DNA from: an uncultured virus (IMG/VR IMGVR_UViG_3300006899_000004)
Lineage: Duplodnaviria > Heunggongvirae > Uroviricota > Caudoviricetes
DNA: 64,000 bases
IMG/VR virus record: IMGVR_UViG_3300006899_000004
Reading direction: 5' to 3' (one strand)
Position 1 is the stretch's first letter; every line of letters starts with the position of its first letter. The notes under the pieces are model-generated. The model ran no database searches. It worked only from the letters and a program-made list of their open reading frames with translations, and was not told where the DNA came from. Below are positions 51,345-60,673 of the stretch, piece by piece. A program made the position numbers and the translations under genes.

Positions 51345-51668
51345 ATGCTTTTACCCGCAGCGCGGAGCGCGCCTCGCTAAGGAAAAGGAACGTACGTCAC
51401 CAGCGTCACGTTAAGGGTTGGAATCAAAAAGCAAGATCGCGACGATGCTTTTTGACCGAAAGGGTCGTTAAGCGTTCAAAGTCTTGTTGATGGGTTCCCA
51501 GTTCTACTCGTTGTAGAACTGAGCTGGTCAAGAGGAACCTCGCCAGAGGTGGGAGTCAGACAGTTAGTGACTCTTGGGCGGGCCAGCCGTGGTTTGCTGA
51601 AATCGTCGAACACAAAAAGAAAACGATAACAACAGCGGCACAAGGGACTAAGTCCCTTGTGCCTTTTC
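51345..51668 (+). ncRNA. Candidate ~300-nt structured ncRNA ending in a terminator
   Basis: Many hairpins, a possible pseudoknot, terminator ggcacaagggac-taa-gtcccttgtgcc-tttt. Confidence 0.5.
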
Positions 51669-51854
51669 TGCGTCTTGCACTCTGTCAGAGCAAAGAGTCT
51701 TTAGCTTTGGAGAAAAGATTTCTCCCCCAGAGAGGTGTAACAAAGTCTCTACCGGGTTATAACTGGATCACGGAATGGCACTGGGGTGAGGAAATAAGCA
51801 ATGCAGCTTATCTCGCTCGGTGCAAAGAAAATCTCAAAAAGGTAGGATTCAATC

Positions 51855-52484
51855 ATGGACAACACCAACTCCCCCAACGGTTCTCTCCCCCTCGTCGCCA
51901 TCACCCCCGCTCGCAAGCGGATCCGCCTCACGGTCGACGAGAAGATGGCTCGTCTCCGCACGGAGGAGGAGCAGCGCGCCGCGAAGCGCAAGGCGAAGGA
52001 GGAAGCTCGCGCGGCGAGAGGCCGCGCGGCTCAGCCCGCGGCTCCGGCGCACCTCGCCAAGGTCGCCAAGGCGCAGCAGAAGCTCGCCCCTCTCTCGGAC
52101 AGCGAGAAGATGCTCTTCGAGAGCGTCGTCAGCGAGCTCAACAACGTGCCCGGTCGACTCGCCCTCTTCGGAGCGTACCTGGGCATCAAGGCCCGAGCGC
52201 TCTCGACGGTCGCTTCGCGGCACCGCGACATCCGATCCGGTGATCGGGTCCAGGTGATCGCTCCCACCTCCCGGTTCTACGGGTGCACCGGCGTGGTGAC
52301 GAAGGCCGCCGAGATCCGAGCGTACGTCCGGTTCGACGGTGCGGGCCCCGCGACGCCGGACGGGTACTTCTTCCTCGCCGATCTCGCTCACGCTCCGGAG
52401 CAGGACGCAGAGCCGGAGTTCTTCGAGGATCACATGGAGGAGCCCGAGGTCATCGAGGGCGAGCAGGATCTCGACGGCGAGTGA
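51855..52484 (+). CDS. KOW-motif protein, paralog of 57018-57683
   Basis: HLAKV.KA...L.PLS shared; IRSGDRVQVIAPTSRFYGCTGVV KOW-like; acidic tail; terminator at about 52503-52541. Confidence 0.8.
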   Translation: MDNTNSPNGSLPLVAITPARKRIRLTVDEKMARLRTEEEQRAAKRKAKEEARAARGRAAQPAAPAHLAKVAKAQQKLAPLSDSEKMLFESVVSELNNVPGRLALFGAYLGIKARALSTVASRHRDIRSGDRVQVIAPTSRFYGCTGVVTKAAEIRAYVRFDGAGPATPDGYFFLADLAHAPEQDAEPEFFEDHMEEPEVIEGEQDLDGE

Positions 52485-52593
52485 TCGCCAAGAAGTGAAG
52501 TGAAACCTCCGGAGCGACATCGCTCCGGAGGTTTCCTTTTTCTGTGTAACGTTGTTCCGAGTGTGATAGTGTTTATTCAAGAGGTACAGTTCA

Positions 52594-52681
52594 GTTTCAG
52601 AAAAGAGTCAGAGAGACTGGTCACATGCCAGTGACACTTCGCTGAAGAAGTTTCCGGAACTCTCTGACTCTTTTCTGAAAC
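52594..52681 (+). ncRNA. Candidate panhandle small RNA (22-bp perfect stem)
   Basis: Arms 52594-52615 and 52660-52681 enclose small hairpins; promoter GTGTAA-N17-TAGTGT upstream. Confidence 0.55.
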
Positions 52682-52705
52682 AGACACTCTGAGGAGCGCT
52701 GGCAC

Positions 52706-53140
52706 ATGATAATCATCCAACCCCAGTTCGCAGCGAGAACCGATCTCGCAAACGGAAAGTGCAACAACCCTGACTTTCTGGTGTTGCTGCTCACCTTTAA
52801 CGGTGTTCTGACACACAAGCAGATACACGACAGTCTCGCCGCCTGGCGGGGCATCCCTCTCAACAAAAAGACGAAGACGTCGTATCTGACCGACCATACG
52901 TACGGTTACGTCGGTCGCGACAGATATGGCAATGCACCCGAAGGGATCATCTTCCACGAGGGCGCACTGTTCAAACACTGGTGGTGGCGTCCTCAGCGAG
53001 GTCACTACATGCTCACGTTCAAGGGTGACGCACGAGGATCGATGTTGATCGCTTCCGTCGACAGTAAGAAGCTCAACACGCTCAAGGGTCCCATCGTACC
53101 TGCATTCGATTTCTTCAGATCAGCGCTGGTTTCGCAATGA
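52706..53140 (+). CDS. hypothetical protein, paralog of 46026-46442
   Basis: SD gaggag; shared motifs. Confidence 0.75.
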   Translation: MIIIQPQFAARTDLANGKCNNPDFLVLLLTFNGVLTHKQIHDSLAAWRGIPLNKKTKTSYLTDHTYGYVGRDRYGNAPEGIIFHEGALFKHWWWRPQRGHYMLTFKGDARGSMLIASVDSKKLNTLKGPIVPAFDFFRSALVSQ

Positions 53141-53319
53141 ACAGATCTGATCCGCTCCCGCTGGGCGCGACGTGCCAACACCCTAACATGGAACAAGACG
53201 GTTGTCACTTCTTCTGTCCCGATTGTGATTTGTATTGGGACGAGAACGAGGGTGGACCTCCTTGGTACGATTACATCTTAGACTACGATGCAGCTCCGCT
53301 GCCCAAGCCCACCGAGTGA
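53137..53319 (+). CDS. small Zn-finger protein
   Basis: CQH...CPDC. Confidence 0.55.
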   Translation: MNRSDPLPLGATCQHPNMEQDGCHFFCPDCDLYWDENEGGPPWYDYILDYDAAPLPKPTE

Positions 53320-53577
53320 CTCAGGAATATTCTTTGTCACTTTGATTGTGGCAACCCAACAGACAAATCAAAAGCCCACGAGTGAGACACTCGTGGGCTT
53401 TCTAGTTCGACCTTGATATTGTTTTGTCAGTTGCTTTCGAAACCAGTCTGGGGGCGCTGCGCGTTAACGCAGAGCTTCAAATGTCTTGATTCGAATGAGC
53501 GTTCTGAGACTTCGGAAAGTGCAATTCACGGGCAGCGCACGCGCGCGCGCGCGAGAAGCGCACAGCTTCACTCAGAA

Positions 53578-54258
53578 TCAAGAAAACGTCGTAGACAAGA
53601 AGGTGCTGCTCGCGTTCTTTTTGTCGAAGACTGCTTCTTGGTTCGATGCAAGAGCCTTGAACACGTCAACATATCTGTCGAAATCACTTGGCGTGATAGA
53701 GGGATCGATGTTCGCCAACGCGCGTTCTTTTTCGTGCTGACGCTCTTTTGGCAACTTGATCGCAACAAGCGCCGAAGACAGAAGCACGTTGTTTTGATCA
53801 AGCAACTGAACGTACTTCAGCGCTTGCTCGAAGTCAAACGGCAGCTTCTTAGCAAGCCCAGCTTCGATGACGCTTGAAACCAATTTGTCAATGTAAGACT
53901 TCAAGTACTTACGCTCATCGAACATAAGGTGCACGAAGTCTTTCTGATCTTCCTGGAAGAGCGCTGTCGCAGCAAGGATGTGTGGATCAAGCGCGAGTTT
54001 GCTCAATTCATTTCGTTTGTTCACAGATACGATCATCTGTATCGGTGGATCACCCACCTGAAGATGGATCGACTTTTGAAAAAGAGTCACTCGGCGCTGG
54101 GTGGCCAAGCTCATGAGTTCGTTCAAGGAAATCGAACCCGGAACTAGAGGGTTCGAGATCACGCCATTCTCTTCTGTGATCGCAGCAGATGCTTTGAGCA
54201 TCGTCGACGGCGTGAGATGACCCTCAATCGCTACGATCTTTCGCATTCCGTCAGACAC
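53578..54258 (-). CDS. hypothetical protein
   Basis: 226-aa ORF. Confidence 0.7.
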   Translation of the reverse strand: MSDGMRKIVAIEGHLTPSTMLKASAAITEENGVISNPLVPGSISLNELMSLATQRRVTLFQKSIHLQVGDPPIQMIVSVNKRNELSKLALDPHILAATALFQEDQKDFVHLMFDERKYLKSYIDKLVSSVIEAGLAKKLPFDFEQALKYVQLLDQNNVLLSSALVAIKLPKERQHEKERALANIDPSITPSDFDRYVDVFKALASNQEAVFDKKNASSTFLSTTFS

Positions 54259-54456
54259 TTGTTGGTTCTACGTTCTGCACGCTTTCGAGCGCGCTTTGAT
54301 TGTTTCTTGGTTGGACCGGGATTCAGATAGTATTGGCTTTCCCAGAAATCACTTCTCGCTGCGTTCACACTCTTGACACTCTTGTTGAGCTGCTTCATAT
54401 CTGTATGTATAGATTACTGTACCAGACCCAACTGTGCACTATCAGCACACAGTGTG

Positions 54457-54726
54457 TTATGGGATGTACAAGATCTGTTTAGAGCTAACCTCAATGTGCT
54501 CTCGAGTCCATAGTTCAAATATAATTTTTTTGACTTCTTTACGATCAAATCCCTCTGTTGCGAGTTCTGTTCGTAACTGTTCAGAAGTGTAACTCTTGTC
54601 TCTGATCTTTCTTAAGATCAGATCTTGAAGATCGTTGTCAGTACCCACACTTCTCACACGACCCGTTTTTTGACGGAATACTGATGTGAACAAATCCTCG
54701 GGCGTTTCGCGCTGGTCGCTGCTCAT
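54457..54726 (-). CDS. possible winged-helix protein
   Basis: Leaderless promoter; helix-turn-helix-wing spacing. Confidence 0.55.
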   Translation of the reverse strand: MSSDQRETPEDLFTSVFRQKTGRVRSVGTDNDLQDLILRKIRDKSYTSEQLRTELATEGFDRKEVKKIIFELWTREHIEVSSKQILYIP

Positions 54727-54744
54727 AGACTAAAAGTACCACCT

Positions 54745-55131
54745 TTATCGCTTAGGTGCACTCCCAAACTTCTTCAAGAATTCTTCGACAAATTCAGAAG
54801 AACAGTCAAGAGAGACAAAGTCATCACCTTGCATTCCTGCTTCTGAATAGCCAACAGACTTGACAAGTGCATCTGCAAAGCCCATCTTCTTGAGCTCGGC
54901 GTGAAGATCTTTCAACCAACCCTCGTCTGTGTAGATCAGATCGTGCTTGTCAACGTCCCAATCGCTGGTGTTGAAATACGCGCGGAGATCTCCAATCTTC
55001 TCCTTCGTCTTTTTATCGACGAAATATCTCATCTCGAGCGCATAGATCTCCACTGACTTCTTCTGACGCGTCCAGAAGCCGTTTCCAGTCGTTGTGGCTT
55101 TAAAAGCCACTTTCGTTTCCACGGAGGGCAT
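54745..55131 (-). CDS. conserved phage hypothetical protein
   Basis: TTGNGFW...WDV...LIYTD...YSEAGMQGDDFVS. Confidence 0.75.
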   Translation of the reverse strand: MPSVETKVAFKATTTGNGFWTRQKKSVEIYALEMRYFVDKKTKEKIGDLRAYFNTSDWDVDKHDLIYTDEGWLKDLHAELKKMGFADALVKSVGYSEAGMQGDDFVSLDCSSEFVEEFLKKFGSAPKR

Positions 55132-55151
55132 TTGTGATTTCCAGTGCTTGT

Positions 55152-55442
55152 TTAACGTTTCCAGTCGTTGTGGCTTTTGATGTACGGCTTCTTGAGCGGC
55201 TCCGAGGGGGCGTCCTTGTAGTCGTCCAACGACTCCTGGAGGTCCGCGATGATCTCCCGCTGCTCGTCAACGTCCCCCTTCGCCGCGAGCCACATGGCCA
55301 TCAGGTCGTAGACCCCCTGATCGGTGCGGGCCAGTTCGGAAGCCTGCACGATGAAGTCTTGAGCGAGCCCCGCGTTCCCCATGGCAACCATGATCGTCGC
55401 GAGGTTCATCACCTGCTCGGGGGTCGTGTGGAACGGGATCAT
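55152..55442 (-). CDS. hypothetical protein flanked by direct repeats
   Basis: GC-rich; ends DWKR* like the upstream gene (NWKR*). Confidence 0.75.
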   Translation of the reverse strand: MIPFHTTPEQVMNLATIMVAMGNAGLAQDFIVQASELARTDQGVYDLMAMWLAAKGDVDEQREIIADLQESLDDYKDAPSEPLKKPYIKSHNDWKR

Positions 55443-55471
55443 AGGGTACCTCGGTACTTTCCTGTGCTTGT

Positions 55472-55963
55472 TTAACGTTTCCAGTTCAACTGGTCTGCTT
55501 TGACGATGCTGATCTTGTTGTTCACGACACTGATAAGACCTTGATCTCTATCGCTCTCCCCTTGCCACGCGACAGCACCGCTGAGCACTCGACCCCACGG
55601 AATAAAGAAAGTAGCGATCAGATACTCGAGCCACTCGATGTAGTCATAAAACTTTTCCGACCCATTCCAGCCCAACTCGTCTCCCTCGGGAACTGGCGCC
55701 CAATCACACCAGAGACCAGGCTGACCTACTGGAGGCTTGTTCATATCTGCGACGGTAGAGTCATCTGCGCCAGTGTAGAAACATCCCTCTTCTCCGACGG
55801 GAAGAAGAACAGCTTCTCGGACGGGATCAGAGAGAGCCGCTGTCTTCTCGGTGTGACGCTTCATTCGTCGTGAATCAGAAAACGCATTGAGATACAGAGT
55901 CTGTTCACGTGAAAGACAAGGAGTGATCTTGAACACTCCCTTGAACTCAGTCGTGTATCCCAT
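55472..55963 (-). CDS. conserved phage hypothetical protein
   Basis: MGYTTEFKG...GQPGLWCDW...WNGSEKFYDYIEWLEYLI. Confidence 0.8.
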   Translation of the reverse strand: MGYTTEFKGVFKITPCLSREQTLYLNAFSDSRRMKRHTEKTAALSDPVREAVLLPVGEEGCFYTGADDSTVADMNKPPVGQPGLWCDWAPVPEGDELGWNGSEKFYDYIEWLEYLIATFFIPWGRVLSGAVAWQGESDRDQGLISVVNNKISIVKADQLNWKR

Positions 55964-56010
55964 TTTGCTCTCCTTTTAACACAGACGTAAATTTGTTGTC
56001 TGTTCTACGG

Positions 56011-56083
56011 TGGGAGCCGTGGGGCTCGAACCCACGACCTACGGGTTAAAAGCCCGCAGCTCTACCGACTGAGCTAGACTCCC
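56011..56083 (-). tRNA. tRNA-Lys(TTT), second copy
   Basis: Canonical cloverleaf GGGAGTC/GGCTCCC, loop CTTTTAA. Confidence 0.92.
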
Positions 56084-56146
56084 AGGTGCAGGATTTTGCT
56101 CTGGAGCGGAATCACAGAGCGGGCTCCTGCGGACCCAAGTCAAGCC

Positions 56147-56614
56147 TCAGTCGTCGAACTCGGGCACTTCCTGGAAGGCAGAGTCACAGAACGTTCGAAC
56201 GGTTCGAAGATCGTTCTTCTGACCGGGGAAGAGCTCCCGAGCGGTATCGAAGAACATCGTTCTGATCTGCCCCTCGCGGACCCCGCCCTCCTCGGAGCGA
56301 TCGAAGTACCAGTCCGCCGCGGCGATCAGATCGTCCTCGCTCCCAGCGGCCTTGATCATCGCGTCGAGCGCACTCGACACGGGTTTGTTCGAGACCGCGA
56401 GCGGGAAGAGGACCATCAGCACTCTCTTCACTGTGTCCTTCTCGGGACTGTTCTCCGAGAGAGAAGAACAGATCTGCTCCACCATCTCGAGCGCCGCCTT
56501 GCGCGCCTCGTCCTTGTCGCCGAAAGCAGCGACGAAGTGGGTGAGCGCTCGTCGAAGGACCGATCCCTGCTTCGCCGGAACACGCCGGCGATCGTTGTTG
56601 TTGTTCTGCTTCAT
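56147..56614 (-). CDS. hypothetical protein
   Basis: SD ggag, GC-rich codons. Confidence 0.75.
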   Translation of the reverse strand: MKQNNNNDRRRVPAKQGSVLRRALTHFVAAFGDKDEARKAALEMVEQICSSLSENSPEKDTVKRVLMVLFPLAVSNKPVSSALDAMIKAAGSEDDLIAAADWYFDRSEEGGVREGQIRTMFFDTARELFPGQKNDLRTVRTFCDSAFQEVPEFDD

Positions 56615-56694
56615 GAGTTGATCTCCAAAGCGGCTATAGCCGCACTCCTTACTCTCTTAATCTAACCTTTGAGAAGCAACCGTACACTCTTGCT

Positions 56695-56810
56695 CTTTCC
56701 CTCTTTCTCCCTCAGTGACACACAGATTAATCGTTGTGCTGAGACTTAAGTAGCTATGGTCAGCCGCTCAAAAGTTTTTCTGTGTGTCACTGAGGGAGAA
56801 AGAGGGAAAG
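56695..56810. repeat. 32-bp perfect inverted repeat around a 52-nt loop (panhandle RNA candidate)
   Basis: ctttccctctttctccctcagtgacacacaga at 56695-56726 and its complement at 56779-56810. Confidence 0.9.
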
Positions 56811-57017
56811 GCCCGGGACCTTCGCGCGCGTGTACGCGCGAGAGGTTCACCGAGCCTGTTTCTTCACCAGTGCTTGAGAACGAAGTGGATGATCACACCA
56901 GCGGCGAGGATGAACACCAGGAATCCTGCGATCAACTGAGCGATCGCGATGAACTTCAGGAGTTTCAAGTTTCCTCAAAGAAGCAGAGGGCGGGAGTTCC
57001 CGCCCTCTGCGACTCTT

Positions 57018-57683
57018 TCAGCCGTTCGCCGCGGAATCGAGCTCCTCGTCGCTCTCCTCGACCTCCGCGTCCTCGAAGTCGAGCTCCTCGGCGTCGGCGT
57101 CGACCACGTCCTTGGAGGGATCGAAGAGCTCGACGTCGCTCTTGAAGAGGTAGACCTGACGACCGATGGGCTGACCCGTCGCGCCGTCGACGATGTCGAC
57201 GTAGCACCGGATCCGGTTGACCGCGGTCACGACCGCGCGGTGGCCGATGTAGCGAGGATCCGCGCTCGAGCGGATCTTCACCTGCTGACCCGGAGCGAGC
57301 TCGATGTCCTTCGAAGCCACCGTCGCCGAGAGGCGCAGGGAGTGACCCAGGTGAGCGCTGAAGATCTCGAGCTCGGCGGGGGTGTACTTGGCCTTGATGT
57401 CCTTGAGGACCTCGGCCAGCGGCGCGGAGAGAGGCAGGAGGTTCGCGGCCGCCTTGGTGACCTTGGCGAGGTGCGGCACCTTCGCGCCGGGAGCACCGGA
57501 CTGCTTCGCGGCCTTCTTCGCCTCGCGAGCAGCCTTCCGCTCGGCGCGCTCTCGCTCGAGCTGCTTCTTCTTCGCCTCGCGCTCCTCCGGCGTGAGCTTC
57601 ACGCGGGGAGCGACGGGAGCGAGCTTGGTGATCTGGACCTGGGCGAGGGCGTTGTTGAGGATCTCGGTCGTGGGATTGCTCAT
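57018..57683 (-). CDS. KOW-motif protein, paralog of 51855-52484
   Basis: LAPGQQVKIRSSADPRYIGHRAVV; basic coiled N-terminus, acidic tail. Confidence 0.8.
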   Translation of the reverse strand: MSNPTTEILNNALAQVQITKLAPVAPRVKLTPEEREAKKKQLERERAERKAAREAKKAAKQSGAPGAKVPHLAKVTKAAANLLPLSAPLAEVLKDIKAKYTPAELEIFSAHLGHSLRLSATVASKDIELAPGQQVKIRSSADPRYIGHRAVVTAVNRIRCYVDIVDGATGQPIGRQVYLFKSDVELFDPSKDVVDADAEELDFEDAEVEESDEELDSAANG

Positions 57684-57805
57684 GGAAAACCTTCTTTCTG
57701 ATTTTGGTGTGAAACTTGTGACTTGCAGCTGGCTGCTTTCCGCAACATTGCATCAGCAGCATCAACCTGAACCAGTTGTACCCTTTTTGGGTGAGTGTTG
57801 CACCC

Positions 57806-58234
57806 TCAATTGAGGTGCCGAAAGTCGGAGGACGCCGCGGCGCTGATGGGCAGAGTGATAGTGTCACTCGAGGGCACCAGCTGGGGAACCGCAGGGTCAG
57901 ACACGGTCAGCTTGACCGTGATCTTATCACGAGCGATCTCGGTGACCTCGGCCTGGCCATTGCCGATACCAAACGTGACGCGCTCACCCACGCGCAGGCG
58001 GCGCGTAGAAGAAAGTACACTCTCGTGCACGTCGACCGCGCTAGAGAAGATGTGAAACGTACCCCCGGCGATCGCCGAGGTGATGATCTCGTCGAGACCA
58101 GCGCGGAGAGCAGCGTGGTACTTGTTACGCATCGCTTCCGTGTATGCGGTAGACCCGCTGTGCATCTCGTCTGCGGTTTTGCACAGCGAGTTGTAGTGGA
58201 AATTGAGCAGAGCGATGAAATGAATGCCGTTCAT
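57806..58234 (-). CDS. hypothetical protein
   Basis: Leaderless promoter at 58241-58269. Confidence 0.7.
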   Translation of the reverse strand: MNGIHFIALLNFHYNSLCKTADEMHSGSTAYTEAMRNKYHAALRAGLDEIITSAIAGGTFHIFSSAVDVHESVLSSTRRLRVGERVTFGIGNGQAEVTEIARDKITVKLTVSDPAVPQLVPSSDTITLPISAAASSDFRHLN

Positions 58235-58349
58235 GTCTCCACTCTAACACTCAAAGGTGCAGAGTTCACTGAGTCAAAACAGCAAGAATATTCGCAGTTG
58301 AATTTTGAGTGCAAAGTGTAAAGTACACGCGCAGAAGGTACAATGTGAC

Positions 58350-58535
58350 ATGCATAGCAAGACTGAATTCATGGCAAAACACAATCTTCCAGAGAACTCT
58401 GACCGGTTCTTCGAAAAGAACGGAGAAAACGACCAGATCTACATGACTCTTTCAGGCAAGTTTTCAAACACTTACAAAGACATCACGCCAGAACTTATCG
58501 CTTGGCTCAAACTCACAGCTAAGTTGTTCACTTGA
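58350..58535 (+). CDS. hypothetical protein
   Basis: GTGTAA-N17-TACAAT promoter. Confidence 0.5.
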   Translation: MHSKTEFMAKHNLPENSDRFFEKNGENDQIYMTLSGKFSNTYKDITPELIAWLKLTAKLFT

Positions 58536-58598
58536 AAGCTAAGTGAACAGCTCTGCGAAACATAGTAAACTATTCTCTCTACCCACAGGAGACCAAAC

Positions 58599-59366
58599 AT
58601 GAGAGAGATGAGACTGGACACTCAAATCGCTGGGATCACCAGTGAGACAAAGCTCTCAGATCTGAGTGTTCCCAGCGAAATGCGAAAGCGCGTGAAGACA
58701 GGAATCGACTGGTGGGACACAGCACTCGGAGGTGGCGGTCACGTGCCCTCTACAGTGTGTATCCTCACTGGAACGCCAGGCTCTGGAAAGAGCACGTTGC
58801 AACGGCAGCTCGCATCCAGTTTGATTGGTCAGGGACACATTGTTCTCTATAACACTGGCGAAGAGAATCTCTATCAAGTCAAGATGGCAACGGAGCGGCT
58901 CGGCATTGCTGAAGACTTCTACGTGGGCCAGCACATCTTTGTCGATAATCTTCTCGCTCACGCAGAGAAACTTCGTTCTGCGAATACAGGAAAACGAATG
59001 TTTCTGTTTCAAGATTCACTGCAGACTTTGAATGACGGGTACTATAAAGACGGAGGAACGACGGGAAATACTCCCGTTCGGTGCATCGAGAAGGTGATCG
59101 ATTGGTGCAAGAGCACCTATTCGATCGGAATCGTGATCAATCAGGTCACGAAGTCTGGAGAGTTTGCTGGAAAGCAAACAATCATTCACGCTGTCGATGC
59201 TCGAGTTCACCTGTACATCGACGAAGATCCTCGCTCACCCACGTACGGATCTCGCGTCTTTGAAGTCCCCAAGAACCGCTGGGGCTGCTCGGGTATCACG
59301 ACCGTGCTCAACATGAAAGAATCTGGTTTGGACCACCAGTGTTCTTACGTCAAAGGCGCAGTCTAA
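58599..59366 (+). CDS. RadA/Sms-like RecA-fold ATPase (no Zn finger, no Lon-like domain)
   Basis: TGIDWWDTALGGG, GTPGSGKST, VLYNTGEE, DSLQT, QVTKSGEFAG, HAVDA, KNRWG (KNRFG-like). Confidence 0.85.
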   Translation: MREMRLDTQIAGITSETKLSDLSVPSEMRKRVKTGIDWWDTALGGGGHVPSTVCILTGTPGSGKSTLQRQLASSLIGQGHIVLYNTGEENLYQVKMATERLGIAEDFYVGQHIFVDNLLAHAEKLRSANTGKRMFLFQDSLQTLNDGYYKDGGTTGNTPVRCIEKVIDWCKSTYSIGIVINQVTKSGEFAGKQTIIHAVDARVHLYIDEDPRSPTYGSRVFEVPKNRWGCSGITTVLNMKESGLDHQCSYVKGAV

Positions 59367-59388
59367 CAAGTTCCAACAAAAGAAATTG

Positions 59389-59416
59389 AAAGGGAGTCGA
59401 AAGACTCCCTTTTTTT
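59389..59416 (+). terminator. Intrinsic terminator
   Basis: aaagggagtc-gaaa-gactccctttttt. Confidence 0.8.
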
Positions 59417-59695
59417 GCTCTCTGCGTCGAGATCTCAAGGCAGATCTGTCCCTGCACGAGTGCTTTAAAAGAGTGTAGTCAATGTGTTTCGCGCGCGAGC
59501 GCGCGAAAGGGCGCAGGGTGTACTGCACTCACGTTGCACAGTATGTACACGGTCACGTTGCTATCACTCACCTAGAGTGACTCTACCACGTGGTCATTCA
59601 AGGTTCACGGTTTAACAAACACACACTTCAGTGAACGAGAATCGTGTTTCAGCGTTAAGAGTGCAATACAACTCAAAAAAGAAATCTCAAGCAAC

Positions 59696-60295
59696 GTGAT
59701 GCGTCTCGCCAACTTAAAAAAAAACTTAAACTCTGTAAACCCTAGGAATTGGTTAAGTTGTGCTGGCAACTTGTTCAGAATACACAACGCGTCACTTGTG
59801 CAGGAACGTTTCACAAATATTCGAGTCGCTTTTGTTACTGCAGATTCAGTCAGAGATCTCGTTAACAACTGGTGTTATGATTACAGTGAACAAAACAAAG
59901 ACATCTTCTTTGCAGAGAAGAGTTCTATCTTTGTTAGAAACAACAACTCTTCTAAATTAGAACGGTTTCGCAACCACTATAATCAATCAATGACTTTCAT
60001 ATACACGATTAAACCCGTTGCAACTAAAACAAAGTTATTCGAGATATCAACGCCAGTTTCAAACAGCAGTTCTTTCACATTTATTGTGCTCAGTTCTGTT
60101 ATGAAATATGACAACATGAAAAACAAGAACTCTTGCACGTGGAACTCTTTCTCTTCAACGCTCGAGAGCGTGTGCATATATGTCTTTGAACTTGACGATT
60201 ATCTCTTGATCAATTCAAAGACCTTTTTCATGTTGTGTTCACTTGCTAAGCACCTCAAAGCTCCGCGTTTTGAGACGCAGAGCTCAGAAGACTGA
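59696..60295 (+). CDS. hypothetical protein
   Basis: 199-aa AT-rich ORF. Confidence 0.55.
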   Translation: MMRLANLKKNLNSVNPRNWLSCAGNLFRIHNASLVQERFTNIRVAFVTADSVRDLVNNWCYDYSEQNKDIFFAEKSSIFVRNNNSSKLERFRNHYNQSMTFIYTIKPVATKTKLFEISTPVSNSSSFTFIVLSSVMKYDNMKNKNSCTWNSFSSTLESVCIYVFELDDYLLINSKTFFMLCSLAKHLKAPRFETQSSED

Positions 60296-60382
60296 AAGTT
60301 TTTTACGTGAGCGGGAGCGATCGCTCGAGGCTGGGGTGGCGGAGCTAGTGCAACACTCTTGTAACTGTGTTACTGTTATAAA

Positions 60383-60673
60383 ATGTTTGGTTTTCGAACA
60401 AACCCTAAAGTGCTCATCGAACAAGTTGCACACAGCATGTACGATGAGTACGACCGTGCGGGTTTACATAAACGGGCTCTCGTCAAAGTAGACGGAAAGA
60501 AAAATCCAGAATCTAAGTTGTATGAGGTGTCTGTTTCTGTAAATGGGAAAAAGATCTGTCAGAACTCTGACAGTGACTGGCGTACTGCATACAAGAAACT
60601 TCTTCAGACCCTGAAAGATACCAAGGGAGAGTGCAAGGCTCCCACGGATGGAGTAAAAAACGATCATGGCTAA
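60383..60673 (+). CDS. hypothetical protein
   Basis: GTGCAA-N17-TACTGT-N6-ATG. Confidence 0.7.
   Translation: MFGFRTNPKVLIEQVAHSMYDEYDRAGLHKRALVKVDGKKNPESKLYEVSVSVNGKKICQNSDSDWRTAYKKLLQTLKDTKGECKAPTDGVKNDHG

Noticed and set aside
51600..51660. tmRNA tag region (AACGATAAC)
   Set aside because: No reading frame ending in an ALAA-type tag and no tRNA-like ends
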